Of a stretch of DNA of 50,490 bases, positions 16,868 to 25,941 are shown in pieces (position 1 is the stretch's first letter; each line of letters starts with the position of its first letter). Below the pieces are notes generated by a model that ran no database searches, was not told the origin of the DNA, and worked only from the letters and a program-made list of their open reading frames with translations. Source of the stretch: a virus (Duplodnaviria; Caudoviricetes); IMG/VR virus record IMGVR_UViG_3300044999_000017, positions 1 through 50,490 of that record; one strand, written 5' to 3'. Made by a program: the position numbers and the translations under genes.

Positions 16868-17895
16868 TAGCTGATCCAACACACCAGAACGTAGCCAGCA
16901 GTCCCATTGCCACCGGCCGTCGTGTTCCCGGTCTTGCCACCAGCTCCCCCGCCGCCTGCCCCATAGCTTGTCGTTGCCGCGCTCACTCCGGCTACTCCAC
17001 CATTGCCGCCCGCACCACCAAGCCCCCAAATCGTCGCCGCACCACCACCGCCGCCGCCTTGAGTAGAAGCCACCGCTCCGCCTGCACCACCAAGCGGAAA
17101 GCCGCCGGAGCCGCCGCCAGCAAAACCGGAGGTGGTCGTATTGCTGCTGCCCCCACCACCACTGCTGCCGCCAAAGTAGCAAGGCGATTCGGCGGATCCC
17201 AAAGCACCTAAACCAGTGCTGCTAAGAGCGCCCCTGGCCCCGCCACCGGCACCAGAGCTATTGCTTGTCGATATCGCACCTAGACCGCCCTTGGCAACCC
17301 AAGGTGTTCCGAACGAAGTGTCGCTGCCGTTGCCACCATCCGTTGAGCCAATTCCCGCGGCTGCACCCACACCGCCAACCCCAATCGTGATCGTGACCGG
17401 GCCTGTGATCGGCACCAGCATGTTTTCGACCAACTCACCGGCACCACCTCCACCGGCACCTACTGCGCCCGACCGCGTCGCACCACCACCACCACCTCCG
17501 ACCATCGTGACCCACGCCGCAGTAACACCAGCCGGCGGGGTCCATGTTCCGTTTGCGGTGAACGCCTGACCCTTGAGCAGCCCACCACCGCCGGGACCAC
17601 CCGTAGACGAAATCGTGACCGGACCCTTGGCGCCGCCATCGACAATCGTGATGCCAGTACCCGCAGTTAGAAGGCGATCCTGCGTGAGTCCGGCGTTTGA
17701 CGCGGGGAATACAACATAGTCAGCCTGAATGAACGCATTGCCATTCGGAGGCGGGGTGTCGTTGTCCTTGGCGACAAAAGCGAAGGCATCGGTAAGTCTC
17801 GCCGCCCACTCGTAGCCGCTCACCGAATCGAACTTGTCGAACGAATTCGGCGGGCGTACCTGCCCCAGCAGGGCAAGTGGATCAGGCGCGGCCAT
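16867..17895 (-). CDS. glycine-rich tail fiber-like protein
   Basis: FTANGTWTPPAGVTAAWVTMVGGGGGG...GGNGTAGYVLVCW; paralogous domain to 16043-16867. Confidence 0.8.
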   Translation of the reverse strand: MAAPDPLALLGQVRPPNSFDKFDSVSGYEWAARLTDAFAFVAKDNDTPPPNGNAFIQADYVVFPASNAGLTQDRLLTAGTGITIVDGGAKGPVTISSTGGPGGGGLLKGQAFTANGTWTPPAGVTAAWVTMVGGGGGGATRSGAVGAGGGGAGELVENMLVPITGPVTITIGVGGVGAAAGIGSTDGGNGSDTSFGTPWVAKGGLGAISTSNSSGAGGGARGALSSTGLGALGSAESPCYFGGSSGGGGSSNTTTSGFAGGGSGGFPLGGAGGAVASTQGGGGGGAATIWGLGGAGGNGGVAGVSAATTSYGAGGGGAGGKTGNTTAGGNGTAGYVLVCWIS

Positions 17896-17898
17896 GGC

Positions 17899-18267
17899 TC
17901 ACGTCTTTGCCTGCAGGTTGCGATACGCGCCGAGCGCTGCAAGCGCCGCTGCGAAGCCGGTACAAACGGAACCTATTGCGATCCCAAGCGGTTGCGGATC
18001 GAATTTGTGCAGGGGGTCGAAGTACATCGCCCACACGTAAAACGCAATCATTACCGGGATTGCGCCGAGCACGCTGACGCCGAGCCATGCGACCAAGACC
18101 AGCCCAGCGTCTTTCGTCCGGTTGTCGGCCTCCGTCGTCATCTGTTGCCAGACGCCGGCCGCTTGTTCCGGCGGTTGCGGCTCCGGCGGCGTATAGGGCA
18201 GCGCAGTGCCACTGGCGACTTCTACCTTCGCCGGCTGGGCGGCCGCTTTGGCTTTGGGTTTAGTCAT
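17899..18267 (-). CDS. membrane protein, holin/antiholin candidate
   Basis: Two hydrophobic helices; adjacent to the endolysin candidate. Confidence 0.55.
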   Translation of the reverse strand: MTKPKAKAAAQPAKVEVASGTALPYTPPEPQPPEQAAGVWQQMTTEADNRTKDAGLVLVAWLGVSVLGAIPVMIAFYVWAMYFDPLHKFDPQPLGIAIGSVCTGFAAALAALGAYRNLQAKT

Positions 18268-18659
18268 TGCACCGTGATCCACACAGGTTCGCCGCGACCG
18301 AGAGCGCCCTCGATCTTGGGATAGAGCGCATCGAACGCAGCCTTCGAGCTTCCGATGAAATCATCGCCAGAGGTCTGCCCGACGAGAATGCACCCCTCAG
18401 TGTCGGCGGACGTATTACCGGGATGAATACGCACGCCATCGAAACCTGGAACGTCGACCAGCAGCGGTAACGGTCGTCCAAAATGCGGCGACATGGTGAT
18501 GACAACCTTGTAGCGCCCGAACGGTATCGCAGTCTCACCCTTGATCTTCACGGCGCGAATCGTCGGCTCCAGAGCGAAGCATTCAAAGATCGAGTTAACG
18601 AATAGTTCCCCGGCGGTCGAAACGCCGTCACGATCTGAGCGGTATAGGTCGAGTTCCAT
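18264..18659 (-). CDS. DUF5675-type putative endolysin
   Basis: TAIPFGRY.V....SPHF...LP.L.DVPGFDGVRIHPGN...DTEGCILVG signature. Confidence 0.8.
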   Translation of the reverse strand: MELDLYRSDRDGVSTAGELFVNSIFECFALEPTIRAVKIKGETAIPFGRYKVVITMSPHFGRPLPLLVDVPGFDGVRIHPGNTSADTEGCILVGQTSGDDFIGSSKAAFDALYPKIEGALGRGEPVWITVQ

Positions 18660-18979
18660 CACTTCACCTGCACGCGAGTCCTGAGTTCATTGATCTGCGC
18701 TTCAACCAAAGCAAGCCGCCGCGTCATTTCGTCGTCCTTGTTTTGTAGCAGCAGAAACTTCTGTTCCATGAATTCGCGCTCGTGCCGCGCATCGTCTTTG
18801 GTATAGGCCGCGATCTTGTTGGATGCGTTGTCATCTATAACGGCCGTCAACTTTCCGTTCTGGCTCGCCAGAAACCAAGTAAAGGTGATCGTCTGCAAAA
18901 TGATGAAGCCGACCACCGAGACCGGGATATCCTTCGACAGCCTCCACCTGCCGTTATCGTGAGCACCTATTTCGTTCAT
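18659..18979 (-). CDS. single-TM coiled-coil protein (holin-like)
   Basis: WRLSKDIPVSVVGFIILQTITFTWF TM segment followed by a coiled coil. Confidence 0.6.
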   Translation of the reverse strand: MNEIGAHDNGRWRLSKDIPVSVVGFIILQTITFTWFLASQNGKLTAVIDDNASNKIAAYTKDDARHEREFMEQKFLLLQNKDDEMTRRLALVEAQINELRTRVQVK

Positions 18980-19134
18980 AGCCTTCCGAGCAGCAAGAGG
19001 ATGATCAGCACGATAATGAGAACGCCGACAACCCCCGGCGGCCCGTAGCCCCAATCTTGCGAGTGCGGCCAAGTCGGCAGCACACCAATGAGAATCAGGA
19101 TGAGAACAATCAACAGTACGGTTCCGAGGCTCAT
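18976..19134 (-). CDS. DUF3309-like small membrane protein
   Basis: MSLGTVLLIVLILILIGVLPTWPHSQDWGYGP.G..G...I. Confidence 0.85.
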   Translation of the reverse strand: MSLGTVLLIVLILILIGVLPTWPHSQDWGYGPPGVVGVLIIVLIILLLLGRL

Positions 19135-19271
19135 ATTTTCCCCACCAGTAAGACGCCTGAAAGTACGAACGCCCAGCCGAGGGTCCAGAAGCTGACGCCC
19201 GGCGGGCTCCAGAACGCGGAAATCGCGATCAAGATGATGCCGATAAGGATTAACGCCAAATTGAGGCTCAC
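19131..19271 (-). CDS. small two-TM membrane protein
   Basis: Manual: GTG start with GGAG RBS, MSLNLALILIGIILIAISAFWSPPGVSFWTLGWAFVLSGVLLVGKI, ATGA overlap. Confidence 0.65.
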   Translation of the reverse strand: MSLNLALILIGIILIAISAFWSPPGVSFWTLGWAFVLSGVLLVGKI

Positions 19272-19280
19272 GTGTTTCTC

Positions 19281-19610
19281 CTATGGCAATCCAATGTCCA
19301 TCAACGCCTGCGCATTCACCCGCCCTTCTACAATCGAACCCGCCGCCCAACTCTGCCCGGCCGTACCATCAGCACCGCGGACAACCGTGAACGCGTTCCC
19401 CACCATCGCCGTCACTTTCACAATCTCCCGCTGTGCTGGCGGTATCGTCTGACTCGCATAGCTCGGTTGATCGATCAAGGTGGCATAGAACCAATCGCTA
19501 CCACCAATAGCGGGAGCGCCGGTCGACGAGACAACCGCGATCGAAGTCTGCGACGCCGTGATCTGCGCCGCCAAGGTGGTCGAGAAGTAGTTGGAAAATT
19601 TGACGGCCAT
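19281..19610 (-). CDS. tail-fiber N-terminal-like structural protein
   Basis: FSN..STTLAA.IT...TSIAV...EIVKVTA.....TVVRG.DGT....W.AG..VE.R motif common at tail fiber N-termini. Confidence 0.7.
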   Translation of the reverse strand: MAVKFSNYFSTTLAAQITASQTSIAVVSSTGAPAIGGSDWFYATLIDQPSYASQTIPPAQREIVKVTAMVGNAFTVVRGADGTAGQSWAAGSIVEGRVNAQALMDIGLP

Positions 19611-19612
19611 GG

Positions 19613-19897
19613 CTATCCCAGCGTCAGTCCGTCAACAATCATGGCGTCGACCACGCGCGTACCCGGCTGATGCATGGTGCCGACAAAGATCCACGGCGGA
19701 TTGGAAGTCGAGGCAGGAACCGCGGAACGATCCGGCATGCCGCGAATGAAATCCTGCGGCTGACGATTTTCAAAACAACGACGGCATACCCAGAAGCCGT
19801 CCCAGCGCTTGCGGAGTTCAGAGAAGTAAAACTTCTCCGCACATTCCTGGCACCGGCCAGCCCACGTCCCAAGCCTGAAATGGTCGGCATGACCCAT
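19613..19897 (-). CDS. small Zn-ribbon virion-associated protein
   Basis: CQEC...ELRKRWDG.WVC..C.E.RQPQDF.R. Confidence 0.7.
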   Translation of the reverse strand: MGHADHFRLGTWAGRCQECAEKFYFSELRKRWDGFWVCRRCFENRQPQDFIRGMPDRSAVPASTSNPPWIFVGTMHQPGTRVVDAMIVDGLTLG

Positions 19898-19907
19898 GGC
19901 TCATGGC

Positions 19908-20228
19908 CTAGGCGGAAGCAAAACCATCACCGCTGCCTTGCAGAACGGTAAAGGTTACGCTTCCGGAACCAGCGGTCACCTGAAATCGCAAAGCTCGCAC
20001 CGGAGACTGAGAGATGGCGGAAATCTGGTTGGTCGTGGCCGCAGTCAATGCAGCAACCACCGGAAACCAAGTCAACACCGCCACAGTATTAGGATCGTCC
20101 AATGTCTGAGTTACCGAGTACGTCGCCGTGCCGCTGACCACCGCCTGAATGGTGAGATTGGGAGTGAAGTAATCGACCGGGAAAATAACCGTCTGGCCGT
20201 TCGTCAATAACTGCGGGCTCGCGCGCAT
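19908..20228 (-). CDS. putative structural protein
   Basis: 106-aa beta-rich ORF in the head/tail cluster. Confidence 0.65.
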   Translation of the reverse strand: MRASPQLLTNGQTVIFPVDYFTPNLTIQAVVSGTATYSVTQTLDDPNTVAVLTWFPVVAALTAATTNQISAISQSPVRALRFQVTAGSGSVTFTVLQGSGDGFASA

Positions 20229-20237
20229 GAAGGGTCC

Positions 20238-20639
20238 TTAGCTGAATTGCTTGACGAGCTCGAGTTGGACGGAGAATGCTTTGCGACCAGAAACGTACCC
20301 ATCCGTCGCGAACATGAGATTCCCGGTCGCGTTTGGATGAGGGTTCTGCCGACCACCCATCTTTTCATAGTTGGCACGTCCCTTCCCGGTCATCTTGAAG
20401 CCGTGCATATGGTCCTCATCGCCTTCCCACAGTAATTCGACGGACAGGCCCGGATCGACGAAATATTCGACATCCTCGATACGTAACTTGGTAATCTTGT
20501 AGCCCTGCTCGGCAAACAACTTGGCTATGTCGACGACCACCGTGGGCTCTAAGTTCGACTCGTCGAGAACGCACCCAATGTCCACGATCGCATTGCGAGC
20601 GCCATCGTGAATGACCTTCATGTTCAGATCTGGCTTCAT
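20238..20639 (-). CDS. putative structural protein
   Basis: 133-aa ORF coupled to the upstream gene. Confidence 0.65.
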   Translation of the reverse strand: MKPDLNMKVIHDGARNAIVDIGCVLDESNLEPTVVVDIAKLFAEQGYKITKLRIEDVEYFVDPGLSVELLWEGDEDHMHGFKMTGKGRANYEKMGGRQNPHPNATGNLMFATDGYVSGRKAFSVQLELVKQFS

Positions 20640-21421
20640 CAGAAGCGAACAATTTCGTTGGCCGTGAGGAAGTAATCGACGGTATTGGTTCTTGCCACCG
20701 CCGTGCTGTTCTTGATGCCGAATCCAGCCGTCAATCCCGTTGCCGCCAAGGGCAGATTGGTCAACGGATTAGCATTGGAGCCATCAGCACTGGCCGAAAT
20801 AATCCGCTGATTGCCGCCAGCCCAGTACGGCTGTCCCTGCGAGGTCGGAATAGTCAGACCAATGGTTGCGTACGCATACAGAGTCGGCGTCGCTGAGCCG
20901 TCGTAATACCAGCCCAAGGTGTAGGCCGTGGCCGCAGCCACGGTGCCGACGAGAAGCGTGGTCTTGGTGCCGCCCTTGTTGAGAATCAGATTCAGCACCG
21001 CAGCGCCGGACGGCTTCTCGAAATAGATGCCATCGGTCGGAGCCATGGTGGCAAACGTGTTCGCCCATCCGGCCTGAAACAACGACAGCGTCGCGCTATC
21101 CAGGTTGACGTTGATCGCAAACCACGCTCGCGCACCCGTAATCAGGTTAAACGACTTGACCGAAAGTTCATTGGCCTGAATGTCTGTCGCACCCGCAGAA
21201 GTGGTCTGCAAAAGGAAGCCGCCATTGCCAGCAGCAAGCGCTGACGTTCCGGTCGCGGTGGTTACGATCCACTGCGACGCGAGGTAGGTATCGAAATCGC
21301 TGTAAAACTCGTGAACAGCGGGAGGCGTCGGCCGCGGGTAGCTGCCGAACAAATAATTGAGTGGCGATGTTGAGACCCCGGCCGTATACCGCACTGGGGG
21401 AGAACTTGTCGGAAAGCCCAT
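20639..21421 (-). CDS. putative structural (head fiber/decoration) protein
   Basis: 260 aa, lectin-like beta-rich, AAGGAG RBS, downstream of the capsid. Confidence 0.65.
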   Translation of the reverse strand: MGFPTSSPPVRYTAGVSTSPLNYLFGSYPRPTPPAVHEFYSDFDTYLASQWIVTTATGTSALAAGNGGFLLQTTSAGATDIQANELSVKSFNLITGARAWFAINVNLDSATLSLFQAGWANTFATMAPTDGIYFEKPSGAAVLNLILNKGGTKTTLLVGTVAAATAYTLGWYYDGSATPTLYAYATIGLTIPTSQGQPYWAGGNQRIISASADGSNANPLTNLPLAATGLTAGFGIKNSTAVARTNTVDYFLTANEIVRF

Positions 21422-21483
21422 GCTTGCTCCTTTGAGCGCCAGTTAAGGCGCGGCGTGAGCCGCGCTCTCGGGAGACAAGAAAC

Positions 21484-21588
21484 TTACGACTGCTTCTTGC
21501 CGTAGTCCTTGGGAAGCACCGGCTTTTCTACCGGCTTGGCCGGATACTTGGGCGGTGCTTCACCAAAATCTCTGCGTTGCTTGTTCAT
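21484..21588 (-). CDS. small basic peptide
   Basis: Manual: MNKQRRDFGEAPPKYPAKPVEKPVLPKDYGKKQS; ATGA overlap. Confidence 0.5.
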   Translation of the reverse strand: MNKQRRDFGEAPPKYPAKPVEKPVLPKDYGKKQS

Positions 21589-21710
21589 AGCGCGACGTGC
21601 TTCACTTTCTTTTTCTTCACGCCCGCACCCTTGCTAAATGCCTTGCCGGAAGCGCCCTTCGCCTTCATGGTTGCGCTGCCCGACTTCTTGCGCATCGTCT
21701 TTCTTTTCAC
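21585..21710 (-). CDS. very Lys-rich small peptide
   Basis: Manual: GTG start with AAGGAG RBS, MKRKTMRKKSGSATMKAKGASGKAFSKGAGVKKKKVKHVAL. Confidence 0.6.
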   Translation of the reverse strand: MKRKTMRKKSGSATMKAKGASGKAFSKGAGVKKKKVKHVAL

Positions 21711-21725
21711 TGAAGTCTCCTTTCG

Positions 21726-22652
21726 TTATGGTCCCGGATTGACCCACAGACCGCGCGGATCCGCCCACCCTCCGGTGTAACGCTCCATCGCACCCTGCTT
21801 GTAATTGAAAGTGTCGAAGTCGTTGTCGGAGAAGGTGCGAATCTTCTCGCGCTCCTGATAGATCATGCCGTGACCATCGCCACCAACATCGGTGCGGAAG
21901 AACCACGTATGCGGTGCGGTGAGATACACGCTCTCGATGACGCCCTCTGGAATCGCGCCGACCGCCTTGGTGGCGTTGATGTCGTTGTTCGCGGACCCAG
22001 GCTGATAGACGCTCTTGGTGATCCGAAGCGCGTTGTAGAACTCCTGCCGCGGAACCACCAATGACCGAACTCGGGCGTCGATGAACAAGCCCTTGTCGTC
22101 CTGAAACCCACGGACTGCAATCAGCCCGTCCTCGACGCTCGCTTCGGACAAATCAGCAGCGACGGTCGGGGTGTTAGCGAAAGTGCCGCCGGAGACATTC
22201 GGGTGCGCTGTCGATGCCAAGGCAACGCCATCGCCGCCAACATAGGTTGCGTTGGCAGCTCGGTTATAGATCAGGTGCAGGTTGATCTCCTTCGCCTGCA
22301 GCATCGAGAAGGCAAGAGACCCAGTACGGCTCATGGTGATTTTCTTGTACTGGTTGTCCTTGATTTCCTCGTAGGTGACGATGAAACCCAATGCATAGGT
22401 CGCGTTGACCAGACGAGTAGGAAACCCGCCCTGCTGAGAATCGTAGGAGAGTCCGGTCCCTTGGGGTTTCAGTTGTCCCGGCCCGAACCCGGTGACGCCC
22501 GCATAGACCTCGTAGTTCTTGTCGCTCTTGACGGTGTCGAACAACGATGGATAGGTCTTCGCGTGTTTGTTGTAACCCACGCCGAAAAATTCCATGATGC
22601 CCGGCCAGTTTGAGAGCGGGATACTTCCTGTGTTGATTACGCCGCCAGCCAT
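21726..22652 (-). CDS. major capsid protein
   Basis: 308 aa; TYALGF.VT.E...DN.Y, GGDGVAL.STAHP, LVVP, YLT....WF and ERY..GW.DPR motifs of an HK97-fold capsid family. Confidence 0.85.
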   Translation of the reverse strand: MAGGVINTGSIPLSNWPGIMEFFGVGYNKHAKTYPSLFDTVKSDKNYEVYAGVTGFGPGQLKPQGTGLSYDSQQGGFPTRLVNATYALGFIVTYEEIKDNQYKKITMSRTGSLAFSMLQAKEINLHLIYNRAANATYVGGDGVALASTAHPNVSGGTFANTPTVAADLSEASVEDGLIAVRGFQDDKGLFIDARVRSLVVPRQEFYNALRITKSVYQPGSANNDINATKAVGAIPEGVIESVYLTAPHTWFFRTDVGGDGHGMIYQEREKIRTFSDNDFDTFNYKQGAMERYTGGWADPRGLWVNPGP

Positions 22653-22671
22653 GATCGAATCCTTTCAGTTA

Positions 22672-23214
22672 TCAAGCGGCCATGTCAGGCCAAATAGAGT
22701 TTTGCTTGCGACAGTTGTCGACCGCAGGAATAACTCGAAGATTATGTTCAACGTGCAAACCACAAACCCTACTTGATCGCAGAGGAACTAGATGATCGAC
22801 ATGGTGCTTGATGCCGGTGGCTTCCGACACTAACTTTGCCAGCATGTACATATCTTTGATGTACACGTGGTTCGCCCACACTGGCGTGGCGTGAATTTTT
22901 CCCAAATGACGCCGAAGATTTCCAGCGTTGATGGCTGCTGCGTGTTTCTTTTTTTGCAGTGCGACCTGCTTCCTTACCTTCTCAGGATTCTTAAGACGAT
23001 GCATCGACGAATACATCCTGAGTCTTTCAACAGGTTGTTTCACTCTCCATTTCTTGTACGACTCACTCTGTTTTCCCGGATGTTTCTTTCTCCATCTGGC
23101 CGCGAACATTGCAAAACATGCACGGCACGAATATTGAAGACCATCCACAGATGCCACGCGAGCACCGAAATCCGACAACGATTTCTCAACCTTGCATGAA
23201 CTGCAAAGTTTCAT
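22672..23214 (-). CDS. free-standing HNH endonuclease
   Basis: CSSC...CRAC N-terminus; ATP.WA, HHVDH.VPL....VCGLHV..NL.VI....N..K.N. Confidence 0.9.
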   Translation of the reverse strand: MKLCSSCKVEKSLSDFGARVASVDGLQYSCRACFAMFAARWRKKHPGKQSESYKKWRVKQPVERLRMYSSMHRLKNPEKVRKQVALQKKKHAAAINAGNLRRHLGKIHATPVWANHVYIKDMYMLAKLVSEATGIKHHVDHLVPLRSSRVCGLHVEHNLRVIPAVDNCRKQNSIWPDMAA

Positions 23215-23837
23215 ACGCCTGCCGTGTTTCCTTGGAACTCATGCTGATTAATCTTCGCGTTCCAAAGCGCGAAGGCGCCGAAGGCCGGTGCATTGCCCTG
23301 ATTCACAACTTGGGCGATGCCAAGAGCCTTCATGTTCAGCCCTGCCGTGGTCGCAAGAGACGAGGACAACATCACCGTGCCGGAATGCGATTGCAGCGTT
23401 GCACCGGCCGCGATGGTGAGCGAGAAATTCTTGTTCGCGTTTGTCGCGACGAGACTCGCACCAGTGATTCCGTCATCCTGAATGATGTACAGAATGCTCG
23501 GATCATCAGCGACGAGGATGTAGTACGCCTGCGCCTTGGTCGCCGGAATGCCGATGTTGCCATCGGTCACCGCAGCGCCGGCCAAACTGACCGCGCCGGG
23601 CGCGGGAAAGTAGGCACCCATCATCACGCCGCGCAGAGTTTCCGTGCCGACGGTCGCCTTGATCATGCCGGGGACGCCGTTGGTATCGCCCTGTGCGGTC
23701 GACAACACCGCATCGCCTACATAGTAGGCGTTGGCATCGGCCGATCGAATGTAATAGACCGTCCCTTGTTCATTGAACATATTCGCGTCGACTGTGCGAA
23801 CGGGAGCGAGCCCAAATGGTTTTGCTACAGCAGCCAT
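23211..23837 (-). CDS. capsid decoration/cement-like protein
   Basis: PFGL.PV...Y.GD.V...VADDP...Y.IQ motif; upstream of the capsid gene. Confidence 0.7.
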   Translation of the reverse strand: MAAVAKPFGLAPVRTVDANMFNEQGTVYYIRSADANAYYVGDAVLSTAQGDTNGVPGMIKATVGTETLRGVMMGAYFPAPGAVSLAGAAVTDGNIGIPATKAQAYYILVADDPSILYIIQDDGITGASLVATNANKNFSLTIAAGATLQSHSGTVMLSSSLATTAGLNMKALGIAQVVNQGNAPAFGAFALWNAKINQHEFQGNTAGV

Positions 23838-23846
23838 TGAAGTCTC

Positions 23847-24395
23847 CTAACGATAGTTCTTGGTGTCCAGTTCGATCGGCGGCAAGTTAGAGCCGGGGAC
23901 TTGTCCTGGGGCGTATTGACGATCGTCTCGCTTATCGCTGACACGACCTTGACGCAGCGCTTGCTCCTGGCGTTGATGAACCTTTTCGTGCTCGGCCTGG
24001 TGTTTTTCGTGCAACCAGAGCGGCTTTTTCATCAGATACGCATACAGGGGCTTGTCTCCTGCTTGACCCACTATTTTTCGGACATTCGTTCCTAGATCAT
24101 CACTGCCTGACACCTTGCTATCGTTGAGTAGAACTTCATCGTTGGTGACAAACTCGTAACCACTTCGCTTGGCCTGACTGATGCGAACACCAGAGCCTTG
24201 CGTGTCGTTGAACCAGTAGAGACGAAATCCAGGGAGCGGATCGGTCGCTGATCCGTTCTTGCCGAAGACCTCGAGCTCCTTGGTTTCACCGGAAAATAGG
24301 TTCGGCGGAATCTCGACTTCGTCTGGAGGCGCGGCCGGCGTATCAACCACCTTTGCCGCGTCAGACCCTTTTTCTGGCTTTATGCCTGGGTGCAT
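23847..24395 (-). CDS. head-module protein
   Basis: PGF.LYWFND....RI..A...GYEFV and AYLMK motifs. Confidence 0.65.
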   Translation of the reverse strand: MHPGIKPEKGSDAAKVVDTPAAPPDEVEIPPNLFSGETKELEVFGKNGSATDPLPGFRLYWFNDTQGSGVRISQAKRSGYEFVTNDEVLLNDSKVSGSDDLGTNVRKIVGQAGDKPLYAYLMKKPLWLHEKHQAEHEKVHQRQEQALRQGRVSDKRDDRQYAPGQVPGSNLPPIELDTKNYR

Positions 24396-24396
24396 A
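24381..24396. promoter_or_regulatory. operator-like palindrome over a start codon (TATGCC-TGGG-TGCATA)
   Basis: Full consensus match overlapping ATG 24395. Confidence 0.65.
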
Positions 24397-24397
24397 G

Positions 24398-25300
24398 CTA
24401 TTTCCGAAAATGTTGAGGCTCGGAGTTGGCGAGCATCCGCGCCTTGGATTTCTTGAGTTCCGCTTCGCTCAAGCCCTGTCCATCAAGCATCTCTTCCCAG
24501 TCTCTGCGGAATTCCGGCTTCAAGTCCGACCACATCCTGCCGTTGGGCCGTGAACTCGAATGCTCGCCACCAGTCTCACCGATAGCGCTGGTCTGCTTGA
24601 TCTTCTCCGGATACCTGCGACGCACTTCCTCAGCAGCATCGGACATGGCTTCCTCCATCGAATCGGCGGTCTTGCTGTCGACGATCAGCTTTAGCTCTTG
24701 AGTAAACTTGCGGGCCAGAAACTTATCGTCCTTGATCCACGCATTGCTGTTGACGAACTCGGTGAAGCTGCGCTGAATCTCGGGATCGACCGTCGGTTGG
24801 GCCGGCTTTGGCGCGGCCTTCTCGGCGATCTTCAAATCGAACATCTTTTCGGTCAGCTCGTCGACGCGGTCCCAGTCGTTAGCCTCACGAGCGCTGCGCA
24901 GCTCCAACTTCATCGTCTCGCGGGCAAGTCTGGTTTCCGCCGCAGCACGCTCCTGCTTTTCGGTATCACGCTCGCGCCGAAGCTCGGCTAACTCGCGTTG
25001 GAGTTTGGAGGTTTCCTCCTTGATAGCCGGGATGTACTTGCGCTTGAAGTCAAGGAACTCCTCAGCCGGCTTCCACGGCTTGCTGCTGTGCCATTCCTCT
25101 TTCGGCACCCAGCCTTCCTTGCGCGCGTCGGCTTCCAGAAGCGACTGCTCGCTGTTCGGAGCCTCGTCGTGACCTTCGTCGAGTAACGGCGGGCCAACAT
25201 CCTCGTCGTCGAACTGCTCGCGCTCGGTGCCGGGAATCGGTTCGGAGCCAGCCCCGAACTCATTCCGGGGCGTCGATTGGTTAGTGCTCACATTCGCCAT
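24398..25300 (-). CDS. capsid scaffolding protein
   Basis: Acidic N-terminus, AR..GWVPKEEW...W..AEEF motif, coiled coil; between portal and capsid. Confidence 0.75.
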   Translation of the reverse strand: MANVSTNQSTPRNEFGAGSEPIPGTEREQFDDEDVGPPLLDEGHDEAPNSEQSLLEADARKEGWVPKEEWHSSKPWKPAEEFLDFKRKYIPAIKEETSKLQRELAELRRERDTEKQERAAAETRLARETMKLELRSAREANDWDRVDELTEKMFDLKIAEKAAPKPAQPTVDPEIQRSFTEFVNSNAWIKDDKFLARKFTQELKLIVDSKTADSMEEAMSDAAEEVRRRYPEKIKQTSAIGETGGEHSSSRPNGRMWSDLKPEFRRDWEEMLDGQGLSEAELKKSKARMLANSEPQHFRK

Positions 25301-25309
25301 ATGCCGCCC

Positions 25310-25338
25310 TGTTTATGCCTTTAGGCATAGCTTGTCAA
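25310..25338 (-). promoter_or_regulatory. sigma70-like promoter with operator TATGCC-TTTA-GGCATA (25314-25329)
   Basis: Minus strand TTGACA-17-TAAACA with the palindrome between the boxes; upstream of the scaffold gene. Confidence 0.65.
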
Positions 25339-25724
25339 GTAGTGACATCGTTGACCCCGAAAACCTCGGCGGTCGAATCAGCGCCGCGGAGGACAAAGTC
25401 CGGGAGCTTAGTCGCCTTACCGAGCACACTCTTGGCCTGCATGATCCAGTAGTTGTCGCCGTTGATCGGGAAGTGGGAGCCGGAGTAGCGGGGGAACAAC
25501 ACCGCATCGCCAGGCTTAACGCCGCGCATCTCCTTCGCCGTCCACGCCTCTTCGCCGGCATCGACGATATAGCCGATCTGCTGCGCGACCTGTTCCTTGT
25601 CCTGAGTAGCCTGCGGAATGATGATCCCGCCCGCGGTCTTCTCCTCGACCTTGAGCAGCACCACCAAAACCCGATCACCCGTTACCGTCAGCCCCGACTT
25701 GTTCTCCACCCTGCTTTTCTCCAA
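25335..25724 (-). CDS. groES: GroES-like co-chaperonin
   Basis: GDRVLV...EEKTAGGIIIP...G.+V..G....VKPGD.VLF.RYSG; start may be slightly downstream. Confidence 0.85.
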   Translation of the reverse strand: MEKSRVENKSGLTVTGDRVLVVLLKVEEKTAGGIIIPQATQDKEQVAQQIGYIVDAGEEAWTAKEMRGVKPGDAVLFPRYSGSHFPINGDNYWIMQAKSVLGKATKLPDFVLRGADSTAEVFGVNDVTT

Positions 25725-25941
25725 TTGATTCGATCATGTCAGCAATGCGCGCCAGCGTTTGCGCAGTAGCCAGCGCGGCGGCGTTTATTGTTACCCATTC
25801 ATGGGTCGTAGGAACCTCATAGCGCCGGTTGAGCCATTCCTCCTGGTGTTCCAGCACCATTTCCTTTAGCAGCGCCACCAGCCTTTTGGTCTCCGCCTGA
25901 TTTTTCCACGCCATCCACTCCGGCCCCACCATCGTTTCCAT
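25675..25941 (-). CDS. small head-module protein
   Basis: EW..WK....TK motif typical of the gene following a portal; overlaps the portal 3' end. Confidence 0.6.
   Translation of the reverse strand: METMVGPEWMAWKNQAETKRLVALLKEMVLEHQEEWLNRRYEVPTTHEWVTINAAALATAQTLARIADMIESIGEKQGGEQVGADGNG

Noticed and set aside
16043-17895. Diversity-generating retroelement or invertible tail-fiber switch
   Set aside because: No reverse transcriptase or invertase recognised; the two Gly-rich genes are diverged paralogs in the same orientation
22653-23214. Group I intron around the HNH genes
   Set aside because: Flanking genes appear complete and there is no room for ribozyme sequence
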